From: Candidatus Brocadiia bacterium
GTDB lineage: Bacteria; Planctomycetota; Brocadiia; CAIUPP01
Assembly: GCA_050015075.1 (NCBI GenBank)
Contig: JBEKCB010000008.1
Span: forward strand, 32,001-96,000
DNA length: 64,000 bases
Direction: 5' to 3'
Shown here one piece after another: positions 19,015 to 28,956 of the stretch (positions within the stretch are counted from its first letter, which is position 1; the number at the start of each line of letters is the position of its first letter). A program made the translations under genes and the position numbers. Under the pieces are notes generated by a model that had not been told where the DNA came from, made no database searches, and was given only the letters and a program-made list of their open reading frames with translations.

Positions 19015-19974
19015 ATGCGAGTACTCGTCATCGGCGCGACCGGGCACATTGGAAGCTACCTGGTCCCGCGGCTTGTCCAGGCAGGCCACACCGTTGCGGC
19101 CGTCGCGCGGCATCCGCAGCCGCAGTACGCCGACGCGCGCCTCGGGTGGTCGGAGGTGGAATGGGTCCTGGCCGACCGAACCGCCGGAGAGTCCGACGGC
19201 ACATGGCCGCAGCGGATGGCGAAGATGGACGTCGACGTCGTCATGGACATGCTCTGCTTTACGCCCGGGCAGAATCAGCAGATGTACGAGGCCTTCAAGG
19301 GCAGAATCCAGCATTTCATTCACTGCGGCACGGTCTGGGCGTACGGCCCGCCGGAGAAAGTCCCCTACGAGGAGCATTTCGCGCGCAAGCCGATCACTCA
19401 GTACGGCGTGGACAAGGCGAAGATCGAGGAGTTCCTGCTGCGCAAGTATCGCGAGGAAGGATTCCCGGCGACCGTCATCCATCCCGGCCACATCTCCGGC
19501 CGCAAATGGCTGCCGATTGATCCGCAGGGAACCCGCGACGGCGTCAAGGTGTACGAGCGCCTCGCCACCGGACAGGAAGTCTGCCTGCCCGAGATGGGGC
19601 TCGGCAGACTCCACCACGTTCACGGAGACGATGTCGCGCAGCTCTTCGAGCTGGCCATGACCCGCCGCGAGGCGGCGCTCGGCCAAAGCTTCAGCGCTGT
19701 GGCGCCCTATGCCATGACGCTCGTGGGGTGCTGCAACTCCGTGGCCGCGCTGTTCGGCAGGAAGCCGAATCTGAAATTCCTGCCCCTGGACCGATACCGC
19801 GAGGCCGTCGGCGAGAAGAACTACGGGATTACGCTGGAGCACATGAGCCACTCTCCGTGTGCCAGCATCGAGAAAGGCCGGCGTCTGCTGGGCTATTCGC
19901 CGCGCTACACCACCGAGCAGATTTATCGCGAGTGCATCGAGTACCTGCTGGAACAGGGCAAGCTCGCCGTATGA
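19015..19974 (+). CDS. NAD-dependent epimerase/dehydratase
   Basis: GATGHIG, YGVDK; RBS GGAGG. Confidence 0.9.
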   Translation: MRVLVIGATGHIGSYLVPRLVQAGHTVAAVARHPQPQYADARLGWSEVEWVLADRTAGESDGTWPQRMAKMDVDVVMDMLCFTPGQNQQMYEAFKGRIQHFIHCGTVWAYGPPEKVPYEEHFARKPITQYGVDKAKIEEFLLRKYREEGFPATVIHPGHISGRKWLPIDPQGTRDGVKVYERLATGQEVCLPEMGLGRLHHVHGDDVAQLFELAMTRREAALGQSFSAVAPYAMTLVGCCNSVAALFGRKPNLKFLPLDRYREAVGEKNYGITLEHMSHSPCASIEKGRRLLGYSPRYTTEQIYRECIEYLLEQGKLAV

Positions 19975-19990
19975 TCGTCAGGGGCGCCGC

Positions 19991-20197
19991 CTATGCTCCG
20001 GCCCTGGGGAGCGCTGCTTTCGGCTCCGACTTCGCCTGGAGATTCTTCGTGAGCGCGGCAGCCAGGCCCTGGAACGCGCCGAGGTCGCCGCCGGCGACGA
20101 GGATGTCCGGGACGATCTTGATCTTCTCCCGCGCCAGCTCTTTGCTGATGTTGACCAGCGCCGTAGGTATCTGGCCGAGGGCGTTGACCTGCGCCGC
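19991..20197 (-). pseudogene. 3' remnant of a probable SPFH/flotillin-like gene
   Basis: Start-less frame AQVNALGQIPTALVNISKELAREKIKIVPDILVAGGDLGAFQGLAAAL...*, strong GC3 bias; resembles SPFH C-termini. Confidence 0.6.
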
Positions 20198-20529
20198 CGA
20201 CTGAAGTCCATGAAAGGAATTCCCTTCGCGTTCTGGCCGGCCAACTGGTTCACCAAGTCGTGATTTACACTGCTGGGAAGTTGTCCGTACTCCTGCCTGT
20301 AGGCGTCCACCGCCAGCCCGACGGACGACATTATGGCGTTGGTCTCTGCAATGGGTCGAATTCCGGGACGCATGGCGATCGGGAGAAGGAGAGCCGCGCT
20401 AATGCCTATCAGAACCGGCGTTGACCATAGGATCATCAACCAAAGGGTGCTGCGGGTCAATAAAGGAAGCTTGCGCCTTTTCGCGGAGTCCGCCGACTGC
20501 TTTTCTTCATCCGTCACCGCGCCCACCAT
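20198..20529 (-). pseudogene. Truncated pilin/GspG-like membrane protein (5' part)
   Basis: TM segment then LAVDAYRQEYGQLP..LAGQNAKGIPFMDF; the expected DPWG motif is absent and the frame runs into off-frame sequence to 19978. Confidence 0.5.
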
Positions 20530-20550
20530 TTCATGTTTGGCAGGCCGGCA

Positions 20551-21540
20551 TTATTTCTCGGATGCCGCGCCCGATACTCCCTCATCCTGCACCAGCGTCC
20601 AATCGCTGCCCGGATTGTATTCCTTCATCGCCGCCGCGACCTGGGAAGTCTTTTCACCCAGGTTGCGCTGGTAAACCTTGCCGTCCTGGTTGACCATAAA
20701 TGTCATGATGCCCGACTGGTCCCAGTGCTGCGGATAAGCCACCAGCGCGAACCCGCCCGTCAAGTTGCCGCCGCTCATGTAATCCATTTCCCCGCCAGGC
20801 GCGTCCTTGCCCTGGCAGGTCAGAATCTTGAAATAATAACCGTGGAACGGCTTCACGCCGGTGCCCATTTTCTGGCCAAACCCCTCGACGTGAGCCTGCG
20901 CCACCAGCGGCCCGAACGGGCTGGCCGGTTCTTCCCCCGCCGTCGGCCAGTAGAGGCCATCCTTCTTGCCGGCCGCGCTCTTGAATTTCTGCGCGTACTT
21001 CGTTCCTTCGCCCGCCTCCGGGTTCGCGGCGGCGTACTGCCGTTGCGCGGCCACGTAAGCCCGGCAAACGCCGATGGCGTGGAGTTCGTCCTTCCCGATG
21101 TGCCGGTTGATGATCTCCTCTTTGCCAGCCGCCGTGTCGAAATGCCATTGCCCGTCCGCCTTTACCAGCGGAATCGGCATCGGCCAGGCGTCCGGCCCAA
21201 CCTCCAGAGTAATTTTATCCTCGCCCTCTTTCACCTGCTTGCAGCCCTGCGCCATGAGGGCGGCGAACCGCTTCGAATTGTTCGCGTCCTGCACTTTGTC
21301 GCCGGTCAGAAGTTCATCAATCCCCGAGCCGTAAACTTCGCGCAAGGCCGCTCTATCGTGCGACTCGACGGCCGCCTGCAGGGCCTGGACAGCCTCATCC
21401 GGCGATGCGAACAACCGTGGCGCGACTGCGACTTTCGGTTGCGCTTCTGGCGGCTGCGCCGCCGTGCATCCGATCAAGGCCGCCACCAGCGCAAGGGTCA
21501 AAAGGCCGGCAAAACGCATCCATTGATTTGAAGGTTTCAT
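20551..21540 (-). CDS. DUF2950 family lipoprotein
   Basis: FASPDEAV, WPMPIPLVK, DGLYW, PFHGYYFKILT, GIMTFMVNQDGKVYQ; lipobox LIGC. Confidence 0.9.
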   Translation of the reverse strand: MKPSNQWMRFAGLLTLALVAALIGCTAAQPPEAQPKVAVAPRLFASPDEAVQALQAAVESHDRAALREVYGSGIDELLTGDKVQDANNSKRFAALMAQGCKQVKEGEDKITLEVGPDAWPMPIPLVKADGQWHFDTAAGKEEIINRHIGKDELHAIGVCRAYVAAQRQYAAANPEAGEGTKYAQKFKSAAGKKDGLYWPTAGEEPASPFGPLVAQAHVEGFGQKMGTGVKPFHGYYFKILTCQGKDAPGGEMDYMSGGNLTGGFALVAYPQHWDQSGIMTFMVNQDGKVYQRNLGEKTSQVAAAMKEYNPGSDWTLVQDEGVSGAASEK

Positions 21541-21580
21541 AGGTTCCTCAGATCTTTTTATGCCCAATGAACTGCGCGGC

Positions 21581-22108
21581 TCACCGCTTTCCCTCATGCC
21601 CGCCGCCCTCGTGACCGCCGCCCTCGCCGCCGTGCGGCGCAGGGTGCGCCTCTGCGCGGCTTTCAGCTCCGCGATGGCTGTAATCGCGCACGTCGCGTCC
21701 CCGATCATAGCCACCGCCGAAAAGATACAGATCAGGTCCCGTTACCACGACTCCGCCGCCGTAATATGGAACGTCCGAGACCGGCATGAATGTGACGACA
21801 ACACTGTGCTGCCCATGGATGGCGCCCAGCGTGAAGCCGGGCGTGTTGGCGGCAACGAGGTTCCCGTCAACGAAGACCTGGTACACCATAAAACCCGGGT
21901 CCGGAATGAACGTGAATGATGCGCCGGCCCCGTCGGGGAAATACACCGTGCCGGCCGGACTGATGGAACCGTTGCCCCCTGACGAGGCATAAATAGGCCA
22001 GGAGACTTGCGCGAAGGCGCCTCCTCCGGCAAGAAGAATGATCAGCCCGGCGAGGAAAATCGTGAAAACGATGCGCGAACAGCCGGCGTTCCTGGGAATT
22101 TCTCTCAT
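21581..22108 (-). CDS. Secreted protein with a divergent InlB B-repeat-like domain and a Gly/His-rich tail
   Basis: Signal peptide; GNGSISPAG..FTFIPDPGF..V.VDG repeat; SHRGAESR tail. Confidence 0.7.
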   Translation of the reverse strand: MREIPRNAGCSRIVFTIFLAGLIILLAGGGAFAQVSWPIYASSGGNGSISPAGTVYFPDGAGASFTFIPDPGFMVYQVFVDGNLVAANTPGFTLGAIHGQHSVVVTFMPVSDVPYYGGGVVVTGPDLYLFGGGYDRGRDVRDYSHRGAESRAEAHPAPHGGEGGGHEGGGHEGKR

Positions 22109-22223
22109 GGCACATGACCCTTAAGAGTGCGGACAAAAACCCCGGACGGCTGGCTCCTCGCGCCACCGGCGAAGAGCGCAACTCCCCTGACGAATCCAGA
22201 TTACATCAGGCTGTGCGACGAAG

Positions 22224-23870
22224 TCAAGCCCGCCGTGCAATCTCCGCGTTCACCCTTTCGCGCTGCCGCAGGATCCAGCCCATGGACCGCGGATAGGTGA
22301 ACATGTCCTTGATCGGCCCGAGAGCCAGCAGCCGCGCCGCCTCACCCGGAGGTGTGCCGCCGGCCAGCCTCTCCAGCAACTGCAGCGCTCGCATATCCTG
22401 AAGCCCCTCGCGAAAGACTTCCCAGCGGATGGAATCCACAGGGCCGTCCTTGCCGGGGTAGACGACATACGCGTCGCCCGGAGGCAGCAGCCGCCCGCCG
22501 TCCGCGGTGGTATAAGGGTCGAGCAGCTCGCCCGTCAGGCCCGCGTACCAGTGGTTGAAGCCCCACTGGAGGAAGCCCTCGAACCCGAACTTATGCAACT
22601 GCCACCCCAGGATTCGATTGCGCGCGCCGGGGAAATCCAGGAACCGGTTCGACACGCGGTCGGTCTGCCCGCAACAGTAATAGGTCCACAGGTGCGGGAC
22701 GCGGGCATCCAGGAACGCCTGTGCGTGGTTCGACGCCGGGCAGGGCCGGTCCACCGCGCCCTCGCGATAGAACTCGATGTTCGACAGGGCGTCGAGCACG
22801 GGCAATTCGGGCGCGCCTCGGCGCAGGATGTCGCGCACGGCCCGGTAGTCGGCCAGGTGCTCCACCTGCGGCTCGTCGGAGACGTGCAGGAACGCGCGCG
22901 TCAGAGCCTTCTTGCGCCGCAGGACGGCGACTAGTCCGGGCAGAAATTGAAGGAGGAACTTGCGATACTCCGGGCCGGAGGAACGCGTCTCCCATCCGAA
23001 GATGCGGCGCATCCGCCCGTTGACCTTCGCGACGATCTTGGGCGCAGACTTTGCGCCCCATTGCGTCGAAAGGTGCGAAATCTCGAAATCCGTCATCCCG
23101 CACCGCCGGCAGAGGTCCATCCACTTCTCCAGGTTGCGGAAGCCGAAGCGGTACTCATCCCGGCCGGTCACTTCGACCTCCACCAGTTGCATCGTGGGCC
23201 GTTCCGTGCCGACGGCGGTATCCAGCGGCGGCGTGAAGACCGGCGTCAGGATCGTATTGACGCCGTGCCCGGCGGCATTGCGCAGGTACCGTTCCGCGAT
23301 ACGCCAGTGCTCCGCCGACCAGGCCTCGAAGCCGTAGTAAGACTGCAGGCAGTCGTTGTAGAACCAGTGGGTGACTTTGAGCCGCTGTTCCGGCAGCGTC
23401 GCGGCGACGACCTGCACGTCCGCAGCCAGCTCGGCCACGCGCCGGCCGCCGGTGCGGACGCGGATTCTCAACCGGCTGCGCCCCGCCGGCGCCTGCCTGG
23501 GAACGGGCAACGTAAACCAGATGCCGCGCGTCTGGCCGGGATAGGTTTTCCAGGGAACATTCGGAATGAGCGGGTCGGGATAGAATCCCGGAGCCCGGCC
23601 GATGCGGTTTTCCGGTTTCTCGCGGTAGGTCGGATGCTCGACGTGCGCCAGGTCAATCCGGCGCGCCGTGGCCAATACCGCGAGCGCCCCGGAGACATCC
23701 AGGCCCACTTCGCCCTGGCGGTCCGAGCGGTAGATCACCTGGAAAGAGAGAACCTCTCCGCGCAGTCCGCTCAACTGAATCCGGTCCCGGCGCGGGACGG
23801 GCGAGTCGGCGAAAAAAGTTTCCAGGCTGTATCCGAGTCCGACGGCCACTCGCGCTGCGGACGGAATCAT
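22224..23870 (-). CDS. GH123-like / DUF4091 domain glycoside hydrolase
   Basis: LRGEVLSFQ, SDEP, WTYYCC, GFLQWGFN, SIRWEVFREGLQD; ATG at 23870 after GGGAG. Confidence 0.85.
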   Translation of the reverse strand: MIPSAARVAVGLGYSLETFFADSPVPRRDRIQLSGLRGEVLSFQVIYRSDRQGEVGLDVSGALAVLATARRIDLAHVEHPTYREKPENRIGRAPGFYPDPLIPNVPWKTYPGQTRGIWFTLPVPRQAPAGRSRLRIRVRTGGRRVAELAADVQVVAATLPEQRLKVTHWFYNDCLQSYYGFEAWSAEHWRIAERYLRNAAGHGVNTILTPVFTPPLDTAVGTERPTMQLVEVEVTGRDEYRFGFRNLEKWMDLCRRCGMTDFEISHLSTQWGAKSAPKIVAKVNGRMRRIFGWETRSSGPEYRKFLLQFLPGLVAVLRRKKALTRAFLHVSDEPQVEHLADYRAVRDILRRGAPELPVLDALSNIEFYREGAVDRPCPASNHAQAFLDARVPHLWTYYCCGQTDRVSNRFLDFPGARNRILGWQLHKFGFEGFLQWGFNHWYAGLTGELLDPYTTADGGRLLPPGDAYVVYPGKDGPVDSIRWEVFREGLQDMRALQLLERLAGGTPPGEAARLLALGPIKDMFTYPRSMGWILRQRERVNAEIARRA

Positions 23871-23896
23871 GGATGCTCCCTTTCCGAGGCCAGTTA

Positions 23897-26320
23897 CTAC
23901 TGATCTTTCCGCGTAATCCCCAGTCCGCACAAAGGCACGATCTCCCTGGCCTCGGCGGATGAATAGTTGAAGATGGTGAATCCTCCCGTGCCGGCCCGGC
24001 GGGTGATTTGGATCATCCGGAACAACGTGAAGATGTCGCCCTGCGCGCCCCAGCAACTGAAACCGATCCCCGGGTAACAGCCGGCCTTGCCCGCCCACTG
24101 CACCTGCCGCTGCACCAGGCCCTGGAACTCGGCGCTGTCGGGCGTGTAGTCCATCGGGCAGACGAAATCCAGGTAGCCGTGCTCGCACCAGAGCTTCCAG
24201 TCCTGCCCGACGTTGTCGCGGTCCACGGGCCAATTGGAAAACACCGCCGCCGAAATCTTGAGGTTCGGCTTGACCTTCCGCACCTCGCGGCTGACGGCGG
24301 CGACGACGGCGGTAATGTTGTCCCGCCGGAAGTCCAGCCACTGGTCGCGCAGCAGGCCGCCTTGTACGTCCGCGGGCCAGTTAGCGACCTTGCGACCGAT
24401 GGATTTCTCGAACCGTTCGCGGCAGCCGGCGCAGAAGCAGCCGTCGGGGCCCGGATAGCGGATGTAATCGAAGTGGATGCCGTCCACGTCGTATCGGGTG
24501 GCGATCTCGATCATCGCGTCGGTCTCGAGCTTCTGGTTGGCCGGATTGCTGGGGCAGAGCCACAGCCCGCCCTCGATCGGCTTGCCGTCGGGTCCCACCT
24601 GAGTCCGCCCTTCCTGCTGCATCCGGGCGGCGAACTCTCCCGGTTCGCGCATTCTCCAGTTGACCTTCCACACGTGGCATTGAAGCCCGTACTTTCGACA
24701 TGCCGCCAGGCACAGGGCGATCTGGTCGCCCTTCTCCTTGACGAGCGGGTTCACGGGAAGGACGGAGCTGTTGTAGAACGCCGTGTCGCCCCAGAGCATG
24801 TTCGGCTGGATCGCGGTGAAGCCGTTGTCGGCAAGGTTCTTGACAGCGGCGTCCCAGTCCATGCCCTCGACGCCGAACGCGTTGTGGCACCAGAAGGCCC
24901 GGCGTTCGCCGCGCGCCGGCTGCTCCAGGAGACACCAGCCCTTGACCGCCTGCTGATGGACCTGCTCGGCGAGGTCCATCGCCGCTACGGACTGGCCCCG
25001 GGCGACCAGTTCCATGGCGCGCTGCCGGCCGGACAGGGCGGCCGCGAAAGCGGCGCGCGCCGGCTCGACGGCGGCCTGCGCCGCAAGGCGCTGGACCTCC
25101 GACAAGTCCTTGTGATCCCCGGCCGTCAACGCGCGGTCGAGGCTTGCCCGCGCCGCCGCAGGCCACAGGTCCGGCGCCATCGCCCCAACCATGGCCATCA
25201 GCAGCCGCCGCTTGCCCGGAGCATCGTCGTCCAGCATGACGTGCGTCATCATCACGCAATTGTCCGAGACGACGATGGCCGCCTCGCCGGTGGGCTTGCC
25301 GCCGCTGTCGTACCACTCCGCCACCACTTTGCCGCGGCCCGCGATCGGCTGGCATTCCTCGATGTTCCAGGAAGCCTGCTTGACCACCGGCGGCATGCCC
25401 GGCAGCGCATCGCCCGCCGCCGGCCGGATGGAACTGAAGCGCCCCTCGGCCGACACGTTGCGCCCGAGGCGCAGTCCCGCCGGCTGTTGGAGCGGGCCGG
25501 GCAGGACGTAGAACGCGATCATCTTCCCTCCGCCGGCCATGAATTTCTCCAGCGCGGCGACCGCGTCGTCCGGCATATTCGGACTGTAGGGAAGGATGAC
25601 GAGCCGCTTGCCCGCGAGCCGCGCGGGCGTCAGGTCCAGGTCGCTGAGGAGCGTGTACTCCAGGCCCAGTTCGTCCAATCTCCCACAGAGCGACCCGGTG
25701 AATTGCCGAGCGCCGGGCCATTCATCTTTCGCTGCGAGGGCGGCGGATTCCGCGCGGACGACGGCGATCTCGCCGCCGCCCCTGACGACGCGGAGGTTGC
25801 GGATGCGCAGCACCGTGTCCTTATTCAGGCCGCGCCAGGCGGATATCCGCAGCGTGTCAATCCCGGCCCAGCCTGTGGGCTTGCCCTCGATCTCCATATC
25901 CGACTTCCTGATCGTCACCGTGGCGAACTCGGCGGATGCGGCGGAGAAATGCCCGGTGTACCAGCCGTCGCCGCTGCGCAGGTAAAAGCTGAAGCCGGCG
26001 ACCGGCGCGGGGTCGTCGCAGGCCGCTTCGAATTGCAGGCTGGCCGCGTCGGACAGGTCCAGCTTCACGGGATGGTCCCAGGAAGCGCGCTCGATTCGCG
26101 TGCCCTGGAAGTTGCACGGCATCCTCAGCGCCTTCGCGGCGTCGGGCGCGCGCACGACGGAGACCGGGGCCGTGCCGGCCATCGGTTCCCAAACCGCCCG
26201 CGCGGCTGCGTCGCTGGCGTAATCCAGCGGATCAACCGTAGGAACTTCGGCGGCCGCCGAGGTGCTCAACCCCACCGCTATCATCGCCAGGCTGCCGGCC
26301 AGAATCAGGCGCACCATCAT
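23897..26320 (-). CDS. Secreted GHL10 (DUF187) glycoside hydrolase-like protein
   Basis: Signal peptide, WLCPSNP, YDVDGIHFDYIRYP, QDW..W, DFVCPMDY. Confidence 0.88.
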   Translation of the reverse strand: MMVRLILAGSLAMIAVGLSTSAAAEVPTVDPLDYASDAAARAVWEPMAGTAPVSVVRAPDAAKALRMPCNFQGTRIERASWDHPVKLDLSDAASLQFEAACDDPAPVAGFSFYLRSGDGWYTGHFSAASAEFATVTIRKSDMEIEGKPTGWAGIDTLRISAWRGLNKDTVLRIRNLRVVRGGGEIAVVRAESAALAAKDEWPGARQFTGSLCGRLDELGLEYTLLSDLDLTPARLAGKRLVILPYSPNMPDDAVAALEKFMAGGGKMIAFYVLPGPLQQPAGLRLGRNVSAEGRFSSIRPAAGDALPGMPPVVKQASWNIEECQPIAGRGKVVAEWYDSGGKPTGEAAIVVSDNCVMMTHVMLDDDAPGKRRLLMAMVGAMAPDLWPAAARASLDRALTAGDHKDLSEVQRLAAQAAVEPARAAFAAALSGRQRAMELVARGQSVAAMDLAEQVHQQAVKGWCLLEQPARGERRAFWCHNAFGVEGMDWDAAVKNLADNGFTAIQPNMLWGDTAFYNSSVLPVNPLVKEKGDQIALCLAACRKYGLQCHVWKVNWRMREPGEFAARMQQEGRTQVGPDGKPIEGGLWLCPSNPANQKLETDAMIEIATRYDVDGIHFDYIRYPGPDGCFCAGCRERFEKSIGRKVANWPADVQGGLLRDQWLDFRRDNITAVVAAVSREVRKVKPNLKISAAVFSNWPVDRDNVGQDWKLWCEHGYLDFVCPMDYTPDSAEFQGLVQRQVQWAGKAGCYPGIGFSCWGAQGDIFTLFRMIQITRRAGTGGFTIFNYSSAEAREIVPLCGLGITRKDQ

Positions 26321-26330
26321 CGCTGCCCTC

Positions 26331-27329
26331 TCATAACTCTTTTACCTTCTGCCACAGCGAAGGCTCGACCGGGATGCCGAGTTCCAGGTTTTCGCGCCGC
26401 GCGGCCAGAGACCGCTCGCCCGGGTAGAGGACTTTGCTGTTTTCACCGACCGGCCCGGCGGCATGGAAATTGTCCACGACGTCGTTGACCACCCGCGCTG
26501 CAAGGGAGCCCGGCGCCAGGCGCGCGAGGTCGAAGGCCATGAAGACTTGCGACACGCTCGTCTCGGTCAGCTTGCCGATCTGGTGCGTCGCCAGTCCGCC
26601 GGACAGGAGCGCGACGACCAGGTCGAGCATCAGCGCCAGCCCCGAGCCTTTCCAATAACCGATCGGCAACGGGCGCTGCGATTCCGCGATCTCGTTCGCA
26701 TCGCGCGTGAGGCGCCCTTCGCGGTTATATCCGCCCTCCACCGGCAGCGGCTCGCCGCTCGTCCGGTGGATTTGCACCTTGCCGCCGGAGAATTGTGAAA
26801 TCGCCATGTCCAGCACCACGTGTCCGCCGGGGCGCGGAACCGCGATGACCAGCGGATTGTTCCCCAGGCGGCGTTCCCTGGCGCCCCAGGGCGGCATCAG
26901 CGCCATCGTGTTCGTCCAGCAAATCCCGACGCATCCCGCCTCGGCCGCCTGCCAGCCGTAGTTCCCCGCGCGCTGCCAGTGGTTGGTGTTTTTCAGCGCG
27001 ACGCAGCCCATGCCGCCCTGCCGCGCCAGCTCGATGGCCCGGCCCATGCAGAAAAATGCGTTGAGCGGTCCCGGGCCATGCCGGCCGTCCCACCGCTCCA
27101 GCGCGCCGAAACTCTCCACCAGGGCCGGCTCGGAGTGGATCTTGACGGTCCCTTTCCGGACATCGTTAATGAAAACGGGGAACCGGTTCAGCCCATGAGA
27201 AGGCACGCCGTCGCGGCTGGCGTCGGCGAACAGCCGCGCGCAGAGTTCCGCGCGGTCCCGCCGGAATCCGCACTTGAGCAGCACGCGCAGAAACTCGTTG
27301 AACATGTCCTGGTAAGGAACCCGCGTCAT
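26331..27329 (-). CDS. dlgD: 2,3-diketo-L-gulonate reductase (Ldh2 family)
   Basis: DGVPSHGLNRFP, NTNHWQR, GNNPL, LPIGYWKGSGL. Confidence 0.88.
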   Translation of the reverse strand: MTRVPYQDMFNEFLRVLLKCGFRRDRAELCARLFADASRDGVPSHGLNRFPVFINDVRKGTVKIHSEPALVESFGALERWDGRHGPGPLNAFFCMGRAIELARQGGMGCVALKNTNHWQRAGNYGWQAAEAGCVGICWTNTMALMPPWGARERRLGNNPLVIAVPRPGGHVVLDMAISQFSGGKVQIHRTSGEPLPVEGGYNREGRLTRDANEIAESQRPLPIGYWKGSGLALMLDLVVALLSGGLATHQIGKLTETSVSQVFMAFDLARLAPGSLAARVVNDVVDNFHAAGPVGENSKVLYPGERSLAARRENLELGIPVEPSLWQKVKEL

Positions 27330-27433
27330 GACTTTGCATCTCCCTTAATCTCGCCTGGCGCCGCCTCGAAAAACGTGCTGACGTAGCCCTCCGGCCGGAA
27401 GAGGATCACGAACAGCGTGGCATTGCAGCCGTC
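27326..27433 (-). pseudogene. Possible 3' gene remnant overlapping the dlgD start (ATGA)
   Basis: DGCNATLFVILFRPEGYVSTFFEAA has 23 of 25 codons ending in G/C; its stop overlaps the dlgD ATG. Confidence 0.35.
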
Positions 27434-27510
27434 ATGGGAAGCGAGGCCGTTGGTTAACGGTTGCGGCCGCTGGACGCGGACCGCCGGCGCGACAAGACCG
27501 ACGGTAATCA

Positions 27511-28956
27511 CTATTCCTTGGACTGCCCCTGCTGCAGCAGTTTCTTTGAATCTTCCGTGCCCCGCTTGCTGGCGTCGGGCATCGAGATCGTGGTGGAGAG
27601 GGAAGGCGTGATGCAAACCAGTATTTCGTTTTCCCTTTCAACCGTCTCCTTATGCCTGAAACCGAGATAGCAGATCAGCGGTATGTATCCCAGGATCGGG
27701 GTTCGCTCATCCACAGTATCCGAGCGTGTGTCTTTGATGCCGCTGCAGATAATGGTCTCGCCCAGCTTGCAGCGCATCGTCGTGGTAACTCTGAATATCG
27801 TGTTGCTGATGTCGCCATAACCCTCATTGGAGCGTGTCGGGACGCTGCTGAGTTCAAACACCACATCCGACTGAACGTTGCTCTCAACATCGAGGACAGG
27901 CAGGATCTTCATGCTGAGGCCGTAGGGAAGGTACTTCACATCACCCGGTAGCCGGATGCCGATCTGCCCGCCCGAAGCCACCTCGGCCGGCCTTCCGCTG
28001 ACGACGGTCAAATGGGGCTTGCACAGCACCTTGTTCCTCTCGTTCGCCTCCAGGCACTGCACAACGACGCCGCCCAAGGCCGTGACGGAATAGCTCGTGT
28101 TGTTCAGGAAGCTCGACTGGCCCTTGTCCGGGCCCACCCTGCTTGTGACGGCGCCGCCGATCTGGATCGCGTTGCCCAGCAGGTTCACGCCCAGCTCCTC
28201 CCGCCAGCGCTTATCAGCGCTGATGAACTCGCAATCCAATTCAATCTGCTGAGGCTGCACGATGATGACGTTCAGAACCTTGTCGGCAAGGGATTTCGCC
28301 AAATCCTCCGCGCGCTTTTTAGCCTCTTCGTTCGGCACGTATCCTGCGAGCACAACGGTGTCGCTGCTGGGCTTGACCTCGACGGCGGGCATGTTAATCC
28401 AGTCTTTGATCCGTTTCAGCAGCACCGGATGAACCGGGTTATATTCGACCAGGTCGAAGATGTCATGCGCCCGCTGCGCGCAGATCGCATCAATCTGATC
28501 TTTGTCCTTCTTGTTGAAGACGACCCCCTGAACAATCACCCCCGTGGAAATCGCTTTCACTTCCAGGCCGGGGATTGACTTGACCAGCTCTCTGACGTCA
28601 TCGGGCAGGAGGTTCAGGACGACGATGTTGTAGGTCGCCGTCGCGCCTGCGGCCTCGCCGCTCAACGTGACGGTCGTTGCGCCGGCGGCCTTGGCGGTCA
28701 GGACGACTTTAGTCTTATCCGCATCTTTCGGCGGCGTGACGGCGACGACGCCGGCATTCTCCGCCGCCATGCTTGCGATAGCAAAGGCCGCCTTGAGCGT
28801 CGTGTCCGATCCGGTTCGCATAAAAATGGATTCGCTCTCGGCAGCCGGCGCGACAGTCGCCCCGAGCAACGTCGCGGCTACCACCATTGCCGCGATGGCC
28901 GCCGTTCTGTGCAGAGTGGATATCAAACCCGACCGTAGAGAACCGGAATCCACCAT
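27511..28956 (-). CDS. CpaC/RcpA-like secretin with BON domain (orphan)
   Basis: Signal peptide; N-terminal Ig-like part (AKAAGATTV); BON-like VVLAGYVP; secretin core (LCKPHL..VSG..A..ASGGQI, TPILGYIPLI..F, NEILVCITP). Confidence 0.82.
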   Translation of the reverse strand: MVDSGSLRSGLISTLHRTAAIAAMVVAATLLGATVAPAAESESIFMRTGSDTTLKAAFAIASMAAENAGVVAVTPPKDADKTKVVLTAKAAGATTVTLSGEAAGATATYNIVVLNLLPDDVRELVKSIPGLEVKAISTGVIVQGVVFNKKDKDQIDAICAQRAHDIFDLVEYNPVHPVLLKRIKDWINMPAVEVKPSSDTVVLAGYVPNEEAKKRAEDLAKSLADKVLNVIIVQPQQIELDCEFISADKRWREELGVNLLGNAIQIGGAVTSRVGPDKGQSSFLNNTSYSVTALGGVVVQCLEANERNKVLCKPHLTVVSGRPAEVASGGQIGIRLPGDVKYLPYGLSMKILPVLDVESNVQSDVVFELSSVPTRSNEGYGDISNTIFRVTTTMRCKLGETIICSGIKDTRSDTVDERTPILGYIPLICYLGFRHKETVERENEILVCITPSLSTTISMPDASKRGTEDSKKLLQQGQSKE

